Position numbers and translations under genes: made by a program. From an uncultured Ignavibacteria bacterium (GTDB taxonomy: Bacteria > Bacteroidota > Ignavibacteria > Kapaibacteriales > Kapaibacteriaceae): DNA of 64,000 bases. The first letter of the stretch is position 1. Each line of letters opens with the position of its first letter. The stretch lies in contig CALMZQ010000166.1 of assembly GCA_937870915.1 (NCBI GenBank), forward strand, positions 66 through 64,065. The letters run 5' to 3'. The notes below the pieces were generated by a model. The model had not been told where the DNA came from. It did no database searches and was given only the letters and a program-made list of their open reading frames with translations. Below, one piece after another: positions 32,601-39,635 of the stretch.

Positions 32601-33702
32601 CGGTAACGATGATGGCTTTGAATGGTTCGGCGGAACCGTTAATGCCAAGCACCTCATCTCGGTGGGCATTCTCGACGACGACTTCGATACTGATAACGGA
32701 TATCGCGGTAAGGTGCAGTATGGAATCGTGCAGCGATTCCGCACAGTTGCTGACGTGTCTACGTCCCAAGCATTCGAATCCGATAACGACGCAAATGCCT
32801 CGTTTAATCAGCCCCTTACTTCGGCTGTATTCTCAAACATCACTGCTATTGGTCCACTTCAGGACACAAGCTGGACAACAGGTAGTGGCGCAAATCAATA
32901 CAGCTCGCGTTACGGCGCTGCTGCTCAGATCCGTCGCAACTCGCGTTTGAGCATTCACAACGCTCTCTTCCTTGGATGGCCGCGTGGATTCGAGATTGCT
33001 CAACTTCCAACAATGGTGGCCGCAAACGGAGACTCGCTTGAAGTACGCAATAGCTCGTGGTATGGAGTGAAGGGGGCTGTCATGACCGTTGCAGGTCTGT
33101 CTGGTGGTCAGACGCCACCTGCAGGCTTCGACAACACATGGCTTCTCAAGCCGGCATACAACAACATCGTAGACAAGTCCTCTCCAAGTGTGGCAATGGT
33201 GGAAGCACCGTTCATCACAAACATTGACTTCAACCCGGCACTGAAGACCGGATCGCCTGCGCTTACTGGTGCCGGATTTGCCGGTACTGCGGCCGATGCA
33301 TTCTTTGAGCGCGTTGACTTCCGCGGTGCTGTTGGAATTGAACGCTGGGATCTTGAGTGGACAGAATACGATCCGGTGAACCGTGCGTACAAGGCACAGG
33401 ATCCAGTAAGCAGCGTAAATGAAGACATGTTCGCAACAACGGCCATTGCTGGTCGGGTCTTCCCTAACCCAACGCAGGACGCTTCCACCGTTCGTTATGA
33501 GCTTGCTCATGATGATGTGGTAAGTGTCCGCGTTACCGACGCCACAGGCGCACTGTCATCGCAGTTCCTCGTGAACGCACCACAGTCGGCCGGTACGTAT
33601 GAGTTCCGACTCGTAACGTCCGACCTTGCCTCTGGCATTTATTACCTGACGATCACTGGTCAACGCGGTACGATCACCCTTCCGGTAACCGTGGCGCACT
33701 AA
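29686..33702 (+). CDS. large secreted protein, internally duplicated (Ig-like + beta-helix-like unit x2), T9SS CTD
   Basis: ATG 29686 (MKTLCLLALIIVVTATQMMAQ) lies 26 nt after the receptor stop, preceded by AGAGG. There are two roughly 550-aa units with near-identical motifs (GDWGGIVICGKARTNHPGGQAAIEGGIAE, SLQFVRIEFAGIAVAPNNELNSLTMG, GNDDG[YF]EWFGGTVNAK, DDDFDTDNGYRGKVQ). The C-terminus VFPNPTQDASTVRYEL...GIYYLTITG is a T9SS CTD. Confidence 0.8.
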   Translation: MKTLCLLALIIVVTATQMMAQNPTSCQIKFPNGGETFRPGSTQEMRWDTAGTFRARWRFKYGTSPAGPWTTLAGQTANVLDSGSTRGQSVPVSGGWRVPAQGTSSGYIRMELIADSNNVFDITDNPFTIESPSIIRPDSVLRGEITGRIHLSNTKIYGIDGYLYVNDGAVLEIEAGTVVVGDTVGQNSVLCVNRGGKIIANGTKTQPIVFTSSAAPGQRARGDWGGIVICGKARTNHPGGQAAIEGGIAESTPGRGWFGGTDDEDNSGSLQFVRIEFAGIAVAPNNELNSLTMGGVGRGTVLSNIQVSYGNDDGYEWFGGTVNAKNLISYGILDDDFDTDNGYRGKVQFVLVKRFRTTADVSTSQAFESDNDATGSFNAPLTSALFSNVTVIGPVQDTTWTTGSGANQYSSRYGAAAQIRRNSRQSIFNSVFIGWPRGLEIAQVPTMAAANTDSLAIRSSNWYGIKGTWLNLAGGTPPAGMDANWISKAAFNNGADKSNPNNAFLTNPWPNDASFNPAPQNVAPYLNTASYTNGGPLYPIDDDFFTKVNYRGAFAADEERWDAGWANYDPVNTEYRAAVTVRLTKPGAGSGESYLQGAKIPVEWDTTSAAGNTYKFEFGTSATGPWTPIVGAEAVVDAGASRGKLTNGFTAPAIVTGTGYIKMTLVSDASKFDVSDAPFSITAPVVLEPTVRLIEPGTNVREVRVGQSVNVTWDTTGTFRQRWRFDFGKTQTGPWTTLPGLSNVLDSAARRGQVAGGIVFRPADQTETGYVRMVLLSDTTKTDVNDTPIRIIAPAPVRVDSVLRGEITSRVHLSNTKIYGLDGYVYVNDGAVLEIEPGTIILGDTVGQNSVLCVNKGGKLIANGTRKLPIVFTSSALPGQRARGDWGGIVICGKARTNHPGGQAAIEGGIAETTTGGRGWFGGSDDEDSSGSLQFVRIEFAGIAVAPNNELNSLTMGAVGSRTVLDHIQVSHGNDDGFEWFGGTVNAKHLISVGILDDDFDTDNGYRGKVQYGIVQRFRTVADVSTSQAFESDNDANASFNQPLTSAVFSNITAIGPLQDTSWTTGSGANQYSSRYGAAAQIRRNSRLSIHNALFLGWPRGFEIAQLPTMVAANGDSLEVRNSSWYGVKGAVMTVAGLSGGQTPPAGFDNTWLLKPAYNNIVDKSSPSVAMVEAPFITNIDFNPALKTGSPALTGAGFAGTAADAFFERVDFRGAVGIERWDLEWTEYDPVNRAYKAQDPVSSVNEDMFATTAIAGRVFPNPTQDASTVRYELAHDDVVSVRVTDATGALSSQFLVNAPQSAGTYEFRLVTSDLASGIYYLTITGQRGTITLPVTVAH
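29764..31417 (+). repeat. intragenic duplication, copy 1 (Ig-like domain + beta-helix-like core)
   Basis: Aligns codon-for-codon with 31753-33399. For example, GAC TCC GTA CTA CGT GGT GAG ATC at 30097 matches GAC TCC GTG CTT CGC GGA GAA ATC at 32083 (offset 1986 nt). Confidence 0.85.
31753..33399 (+). repeat. intragenic duplication, copy 2
   Basis: See copy 1. Differences are mostly at third codon positions. An extra copy of the Ig-like module alone lies between the two units (about 31418-31752). Confidence 0.85.
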
Positions 33703-33726
33703 ACCACGATCGTGAACAGAACGCCG

Positions 33727-33768
33727 CAAAGGCCGTCCTTGTAAAAAGGGGCGGCCTTTGTCGGTTTC
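33727..33768 (+). terminator. intrinsic terminator candidate
   Basis: CAAAGGCCG (33727-35) pairs with CGGCCTTTG (33752-60) and is followed by TCGGTTTC. It lies 25 nt after the stop of the 29686-33702 gene. Confidence 0.6.
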
Positions 33769-33772
33769 ATGA

Positions 33773-33836
33773 AATGACGGAATGACGGAATGACGAAAAG
33801 ACGAAATGACAGAATGACGAAATGACGGAATGACCA
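33773..33836. repeat. 8-nt tandem array AATGACGR x8
   Basis: Units: AATGACGG, AATGACGG, AATGACGA, AAAGACGA, AATGACAG, AATGACGA, AATGACGG, AATGACCA. It sits between convergent genes, directly after the terminator hairpin. Confidence 0.9.
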
Positions 33837-33872
33837 CAAGGTAATGGTCGAGGGTCCGTGCGAGCTAACATT

Positions 33873-34418
33873 TCAAGATTCGGTGATTTGAATGCCTGAA
33901 TTCAGCCATCGCTCCAACTGCTGAGGTCGTGTAAATCGCAGAACGGTAAGATGGCCGTACTTCTGCATTGATAGCTCAGCCGTGTACTCGCGCCTTCGTT
34001 TCAAATGCGTTGTGATGACCCAGTTGATTAGTGATTCTTTTGACCATACTTTGAGATGCATGCTTGCATTTTCAACATTTCCAGCGAACAGTATTTCCTT
34101 GTGGACGATCCTACGAATTGTTCTACACAGCATCCTGGAAAACACAACGATGAACGAATAGTCGAGCCAGATAACAGTGTCCGCCGCAGGCCACACGATG
34201 TCTCGTACCTGCTTGTAGTTTCCAGCAACAATCCATTGCTCGCTTGCAGTGGCCTCACCTACACGTGAGCGGAATACATCGTCGGGAGCTTCTGCCCAGT
34301 TGGGTTCCCAATGGAGGTCATCGAGATCTATGCATTGTACACGTGCACGTGCGGCTAGGCGTAAAGCAAGCGTTGACTTGCCAGCACACGATGTGCCGAT
34401 AACAACCACACGTTGCAT
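33873..34418 (-). CDS. P-loop NTPase, adenylate-kinase-like / topology-modulation-like kinase family
   Basis: ATG 34418 gives MQRVVVIGTSCAGKSTLA (Walker A). 181 aa. TAATG overlap with the upstream gene stop. Confidence 0.6.
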   Translation of the reverse strand: MQRVVVIGTSCAGKSTLALRLAARARVQCIDLDDLHWEPNWAEAPDDVFRSRVGEATASEQWIVAGNYKQVRDIVWPAADTVIWLDYSFIVVFSRMLCRTIRRIVHKEILFAGNVENASMHLKVWSKESLINWVITTHLKRRREYTAELSMQKYGHLTVLRFTRPQQLERWLNSGIQITES

Positions 34419-35542
34419 TAATCCAAACCCAGCAATCGGCTGAACGAGAAATCTGCGGGAAGAACAATAAACGATATCACCATCCATGCCAATTGTATGA
34501 TGATGATACGTTGTGCGAGCACAGGACGTTTGGTTTTAAGCGAATGCCAGATCATCATGAGGCCAACAAAGATCACCGTAACACTAATCCAGACCACCGA
34601 AACGCCGAGGTAGTTGAGAGTTGATGAGCCATAGATGTAGGCTATCACAGACTGCATGGAACCATAGACAAAGAGCAGATGCCCTACATACATAAAGAGC
34701 GATTCGTTGCCTATGGTCTGCAGCAGCGTGCCAAGCTTGCTTGAGCGCATGCGCTGTTCCTGCGTGTACAGTAGACCCAGAAGCATCAGTGTGCCGCAGA
34801 TGCGAAAGAGATGCATTCCCGGTGATGAACGCCACCATGATTCATCCCACGGCATTGCCGGCCCAATGTTCTTGGAAAGGAAGATCATAAATGGGCCTAT
34901 AAGACCAATCCAGAACATCCACCGTGCAATACGCCCCTTATCCTCCGCCTGCATGAAAAGACCGGTTACAAATGCTCCGGCAAAGAGATAGCCCGACCAT
35001 GGAAGTAATGGGAAGGGGCTTTCTCCGGGCCAAAAGCCGGTAGCCCACGTTCCGCACATGATGGCTGCAGCAACAACTCCATACGCCCAGGTCGTCTTGC
35101 GGAGGTCCCCTAAACCTAGGTAGATGCAAAGTGCTGCAAGTGAGCTAAAAACGATGGTCTGTAATACATCGATCTGTAGCCACGGAAGTAATTCCTCGCC
35201 GGTAGCTATCAACACCCTGTCCAGTGAATAGAAAGGGGCATGCAGAGAATAGGCCCAGACAAGGATGTATCCCAACCGACGGAGGTATCCAAAAAGGTCG
35301 GAGCCAAACGTCCGGTATGATTCTCCCTTGCGCGAAAGAGCGATCCAGAGTCCTGCTCCTGCACAAAAGATAAAGGTTGGGGCTACGAAGCCGTTGGAGA
35401 TGTTGAGCACGTCAAAGATCCAACCGATGCGCAAGGCAGGATCGAGCACGACATTCGTCACGTGCACCTGGATCATCCAGATAACGGCAAGCCCCCTCAC
35501 AACATCAAGAAATGCGAACCGCTCTCCCTTGGCTTTTGCCAT
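34418..35542 (-). CDS. membrane acyltransferase-like protein (DUF1624 / heparan-alpha-glucosaminide N-acetyltransferase-like)
   Basis: ATG 35542 is preceded by AGGAGG. The N-terminus MAKAKGERFAFLDVVRGLAVIWMIQVHV matches the R-x-LD-x-RG...H opening of DUF1624 proteins. About 10 TM helices. The ORF-track extension to 35911 was rejected. Confidence 0.6.
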   Translation of the reverse strand: MAKAKGERFAFLDVVRGLAVIWMIQVHVTNVVLDPALRIGWIFDVLNISNGFVAPTFIFCAGAGLWIALSRKGESYRTFGSDLFGYLRRLGYILVWAYSLHAPFYSLDRVLIATGEELLPWLQIDVLQTIVFSSLAALCIYLGLGDLRKTTWAYGVVAAAIMCGTWATGFWPGESPFPLLPWSGYLFAGAFVTGLFMQAEDKGRIARWMFWIGLIGPFMIFLSKNIGPAMPWDESWWRSSPGMHLFRICGTLMLLGLLYTQEQRMRSSKLGTLLQTIGNESLFMYVGHLLFVYGSMQSVIAYIYGSSTLNYLGVSVVWISVTVIFVGLMMIWHSLKTKRPVLAQRIIIIQLAWMVISFIVLPADFSFSRLLGLD

Positions 35543-35544
35543 TG

Positions 35545-35661
35545 TTACCTCCTGCGGGGTCCGCGCCCTGATATTCTGCGCAGAAATCCAACGGCCAAAC
35601 CGGAGAGGACGATGAAGCCCACAACGATGAGTCCGAGAATGATGAAGTACCGTTGGAACAT
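35545..35661 (-). CDS. candidate 38-aa single-TM micro-protein
   Basis: Hand-translated as ATG(35661) MFQRYFIILGLIVVGFIVLSGLAVGFLRRISGRGPRRR TAA(35547-35545). Its last codons AGG AGG TAA form the SD of the downstream acyltransferase, whose ATG is 2 nt later. No obvious SD of its own. It falls below the ORF-track size cut-off. Confidence 0.3.
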   Translation of the reverse strand: MFQRYFIILGLIVVGFIVLSGLAVGFLRRISGRGPRRR

Positions 35662-35705
35662 GGGCGAAGATACACTTGGTATCTTTGACAACGGAGGGCG
35701 CAAAC

Positions 35706-37268
35706 GTGGACGAACAAACTACAGCACCAAGTCTCATTGCATCGATCGATGTTGGAACGAATTCGTTCCACATGGTCATTGCCAGCGTCAGTACGCGCGG
35801 AGTACTGCGTATACATGCGCGCAACAAAGAAATGGTGCGCCTCGGCTCATCAGCCGGAGACATGAAACGTCTCGCGCCAGAAGCGATGGATAGGGGCGTA
35901 GCCACCCTCAAACGATTCGCTGCCGAAGCACTTCAACATGGTGCGCACATACGTGCTGTTGCAACGAGTGCCGTACGCGAAGCCCTGAATAAGGACGAAT
36001 TTGTTCGCCGAGTGATCGATGCCACGGGCGTTGAGATCGAGGTGATCCCGGGAATCGAAGAAGGCCGCCTGATCTATCTCGGCGCTTTACACGCTCTGCC
36101 GATTCTCGCAAAGAGGACATTTGTGATCGATATCGGAGGGGGCTCTACAGAAACCGTGATTGGATATCAAGGTGAGGCTGCGTTTGTTGACAGCGCGAAG
36201 CTGGGCCACATACGCATGACGAAACGATTCTTCCCGGATCCAACGATCACGGACGCACAGATTGAAGCGTGCCGGAAGGCGATCCGTGGAGAGTGGGCTG
36301 CTGTGTTTCAATCGCTCATCGCCTATGGATTTGAACATGCGGTTGGATGTTCCGGAACCGTCATGGCCATTGCTTCAATGTCCATTGCACGAACAAACAA
36401 ACGATTGCCGGAATCCATGAACGCGATGCGCATTGAGCGTAAGGACATTCTCGATGTTGTAGAGTCCATCGTTCATGCACGTACGCAAGATGCACGCCTA
36501 GCCCTGCCCGGTATGGACCCGAAGCGAGCCGATGTTATCACGGGTGGTGCCCTAATCTTGGAACAGGCTATCATCGGTTTGAATATCCAGGAGCTAACGA
36601 TATCCGGTTATGCATTGCGAGAGGGTATTGTTTTTGATACTGTTCAGAAACAGAGAGACATTGATGAATATCATCATCTGTCTCATCTGCGGTATCAAAG
36701 TGTTGACCATCTCTGCGATCTCTATCGTGTCAGACGGCGTCACGCAGAACACGTCAAGAATCTCTGTCTTCGACTCTTCGATGATCTGCATGCACTCCAC
36801 AAGTACGGCGATAGGGAACGCGAACTGCTTGAAGCAGCCGCACTCTTGCACGATGTTGGGTATCACATCGCCGCGGATCAGCACCATAAACACAGTGAAT
36901 ACATCATTCGCAACAGCGCAATGCCTGGGTTCACAAACGATGAGGCTGAGATCATTGCCAACATTGCACGGTATCATCGAAAGAGTCATCCGAAGAAGAA
37001 GCACCCATCATTTGCAGCGCTCAGCGCAGATGAGCAACGCCTAGTCCGTGTCCTTTCGGCCATTCTCCGTATTGGTGAAGGTCTGGACAGACGGCAGCAG
37101 CAGGTTGTGCAGACAATCCGCGTTAACATCTCGGCCGGGATGTTGGATCTGTACCTTGTAGCCCCCACTGGCGTTCCGGATATCGAGCTGTGGGGAGCCG
37201 AACGGCGCAAGGAGTTACTGGAGGAAACCTTTGGCAGAAAGGTCCGACTTCTGGTCCACGCCCACTAA
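35706..37268 (+). CDS. ppx: exopolyphosphatase / guanosine pentaphosphate phosphohydrolase (Ppx/GppA family) with HD domain
   Basis: Motifs IASIDVGTNSFHMVIA and VIDIGGGSTE, plus a C-terminal HD region LLHDVGYHI...HHKHS. GTG 35706 is preferred because a GGAGGG lies 7 nt upstream; TTG 35676 is the alternative. Confidence 0.85.
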   Translation: MDEQTTAPSLIASIDVGTNSFHMVIASVSTRGVLRIHARNKEMVRLGSSAGDMKRLAPEAMDRGVATLKRFAAEALQHGAHIRAVATSAVREALNKDEFVRRVIDATGVEIEVIPGIEEGRLIYLGALHALPILAKRTFVIDIGGGSTETVIGYQGEAAFVDSAKLGHIRMTKRFFPDPTITDAQIEACRKAIRGEWAAVFQSLIAYGFEHAVGCSGTVMAIASMSIARTNKRLPESMNAMRIERKDILDVVESIVHARTQDARLALPGMDPKRADVITGGALILEQAIIGLNIQELTISGYALREGIVFDTVQKQRDIDEYHHLSHLRYQSVDHLCDLYRVRRRHAEHVKNLCLRLFDDLHALHKYGDRERELLEAAALLHDVGYHIAADQHHKHSEYIIRNSAMPGFTNDEAEIIANIARYHRKSHPKKKHPSFAALSADEQRLVRVLSAILRIGEGLDRRQQQVVQTIRVNISAGMLDLYLVAPTGVPDIELWGAERRKELLEETFGRKVRLLVHAH

Positions 37269-37316
37269 AGCGAATTTTTGTTCGTCCCAATTCGCCTAAA
37301 TCATTGCGGAGTATCT

Positions 37317-38870
37317 ATGTCCAAACGTTCTCTTCTGACAGCCGTGGCCCTCATCGGTGTGGGCATTGTCTTCGGCGTAGTCCTCATGACCTCAATTGGC
37401 GGCAATGCCATTGAAAACCTCTTTGCCGGTGGAACCGAGTTGGGTGCCGGACAGCCCCCTACCCCGGCCTCTGCTGCTGTGAAGGCTCTGAACGATCAGT
37501 TTGTAGCGGTTTCCAGTGCCGTTACCCAGTCCGTTGTCTCTATCTCGGTGAAGACCGAGCGTAAAGCACCTTCATCGATGCCCAACGAATTCTTCCGCTT
37601 CTTCGGTCCGGATGGAGGAGGGGGCGACCAAGATTTCCAAATGCCTGATGGTGGCGAGGCCAATGGATCCGGTGTGATCATCTCTCGAGACGGATACGTG
37701 GTTACAAATAATCACGTTGTGGAAGAGGCAAAAGAAGGGGGCATCGTTGTCACCACAAACGACCAAAAGGAGCATAAGGCTCGTCTGGTTGGCAGGGACC
37801 CACTAACCGACCTTGCCGTATTGAAGATCGAAGGTGCCTTTATGCCGGCACACTTTGCCCAACGAGCAGATATCAGAATCGGTGAGTGGGTAGTAGCCGT
37901 AGGCAACCCACTTGGCTTGAAGTCAACAGTAACAACAGGCATCGTTTCGGCTATGGGCCGAGGGATCGGTATCGTAGGAACAGATGAGAGAACCTTTGAA
38001 CGTAACCGGTATGCTGTAGAGAACTTCATCCAAACAGATGCAGCCATCAATCCCGGTAATTCCGGTGGTGGCTTATTCAATCTCAACGGAAGTCTGGTTG
38101 GGATCAATACAGCAATTGCCTCTCGCACAGGCGTGAATGCAGGTTATGGATTTGCGATCCCCATAGACATGGTAAAGAGTGTTGCTCTAGACTTGATGGA
38201 CGATGGTAAGATCCAACGAGGATATATCGGTGTTGAGATCACGAGTGTTGACGAAGCATCTGCAAAGGCCGTTGGACTTGCCAAGGTGAGCGGAGTGAAT
38301 GTAAACAAGGTGGTTAAGGGCGGTGCTGCTGAATCTGCCGGACTCGAAGTAGGGGACGTGATCCTCGATGTTGATGGTACGGTAGTGAAAACATCAAATG
38401 ATCTTCAGAATGAGATCGTGTTGCGTCGTGCCGGTGACAAGGTTACTCTGCGGATTTGGCGTGATGGACGCGAGATATCGAAATCCGTAACTCTTCGCTC
38501 GCTTGATAGCGATCGGGATGTTGCCTCTTCCGATAGTAAGGCCGGAGAAGCAACAACGAAGGCAGCCGATGAGCCCGTCAGTTTTAAGGGTCTTGGTTTT
38601 ACAGCTAACTCACTTACTGATGAACAGACCAGCTCGTTCGGGACAAAACAGGGAGTCTTTATTTCAAAGGTCGATCGTGGTGGCGCTGTAGCTCGTCGTG
38701 GTCTCCGGCCGGGTACGGTGATCCTCAAGGCCGACGGAAAAGAAGTGCATTCTCCAACGCAACTTCAGCGCATTCTCTCCGCAAAAAAAGCCGGAGATGG
38801 TGTGCTCCTTGTAGTGAAAGAGTCCGATGGAACGAAGCAGGCCATTACTGTAGAAGTTCCGGAGTCGTGA
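37317..38870 (+). CDS. htrA: Do/HtrA-family serine protease with two PDZ domains
   Basis: Catalytic triad contexts VVTNNHVV, DLAVLKI and NPGNSGGGLFNLNGSLVGINTAI, followed by two PDZ-like segments. Start at ATG 37317 (MSKRSLLTAVALIGVGIVFG). Confidence 0.9.
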   Translation: MSKRSLLTAVALIGVGIVFGVVLMTSIGGNAIENLFAGGTELGAGQPPTPASAAVKALNDQFVAVSSAVTQSVVSISVKTERKAPSSMPNEFFRFFGPDGGGGDQDFQMPDGGEANGSGVIISRDGYVVTNNHVVEEAKEGGIVVTTNDQKEHKARLVGRDPLTDLAVLKIEGAFMPAHFAQRADIRIGEWVVAVGNPLGLKSTVTTGIVSAMGRGIGIVGTDERTFERNRYAVENFIQTDAAINPGNSGGGLFNLNGSLVGINTAIASRTGVNAGYGFAIPIDMVKSVALDLMDDGKIQRGYIGVEITSVDEASAKAVGLAKVSGVNVNKVVKGGAAESAGLEVGDVILDVDGTVVKTSNDLQNEIVLRRAGDKVTLRIWRDGREISKSVTLRSLDSDRDVASSDSKAGEATTKAADEPVSFKGLGFTANSLTDEQTSSFGTKQGVFISKVDRGGAVARRGLRPGTVILKADGKEVHSPTQLQRILSAKKAGDGVLLVVKESDGTKQAITVEVPES

Positions 38871-38891
38871 TCAACAACGTATCTTTCAACC

Positions 38892-39635
38892 ATGAAGAAG
38901 CTTCTCACGAAAATCAGCGTCGTCGCCACGTTCCTTGTGGCGACGACGTTCTCTGTTTCAGCGCAATGGTTCGTAGGACCTGCCTTTACCTACACCATCA
39001 GTACAGGACTGGGCGAGGACGTAACAGCCTACGGCGCACCAACACGTTTTAATGTGGGCGTCCGCGCCAACAAGGTGCTTGCAAAGTCGAGCGAACTATA
39101 TGTAGGTCTCAACTACCGCATAGAGAACGGCGGATTCATGACACCGTTTGTTGCTACACCTGCCATGCGTGTTGGCAAACTTGATGTTGTTGAACCTGGT
39201 GCCGGTGCCCCCATGGTTACATCAACCATTAACACGAGTGCCGTTGAACTTGATTTTGGAATTTCTTTCCGGATCACCGATCTCGATTCGAGCGGGTCGC
39301 GGTTGATGTTGAATGTTGGAGCCCTCGTTGACAACATTTTTACGGCGGATCAAACCGATGACTATTCGGCCGTTCCAGCCAATGACTTAGGGACCCGCCC
39401 AAGAACAGTAAGCGCTGAGTATGCCTCTCAATTTGGCTTCGGTGCGCAGTTTGGCGTTAGCCTCATTCTGCCATTCGGTGATAGCAGAGTGGTCTTCGAC
39501 CTTGGATATATGGTCCGCCAGCCAACTGAGTTCGACATTCCGAATGCAACGTCAACAACCTCGTCCAGTCAAGACGTAGGCTGGTTGGTAGGCCGAGGAT
39601 TTCGCCTCGGACTAGCATATCAATTTGGACTCTAG
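38892..39635 (+). CDS. small outer-membrane beta-barrel protein (porin-family-like)
   Basis: Signal peptide MKKLLTKISVVATFLVATTFSVSAQ, alternating beta-strand pattern, C-terminal ...GFRLGLAYQFGL. Confidence 0.6.
   Translation: MKKLLTKISVVATFLVATTFSVSAQWFVGPAFTYTISTGLGEDVTAYGAPTRFNVGVRANKVLAKSSELYVGLNYRIENGGFMTPFVATPAMRVGKLDVVEPGAGAPMVTSTINTSAVELDFGISFRITDLDSSGSRLMLNVGALVDNIFTADQTDDYSAVPANDLGTRPRTVSAEYASQFGFGAQFGVSLILPFGDSRVVFDLGYMVRQPTEFDIPNATSTTSSSQDVGWLVGRGFRLGLAYQFGL

Noticed and set aside
33556-33837. 93-aa minus-strand ORF (MVIPSFRHSVISSFRHSVIPSFHE...)
   Set aside because: Its N-terminus is just the stop-free strand of the AATGACGR array read in frame. The rest runs antisense through the 3' end and terminator of the 29686-33702 gene.
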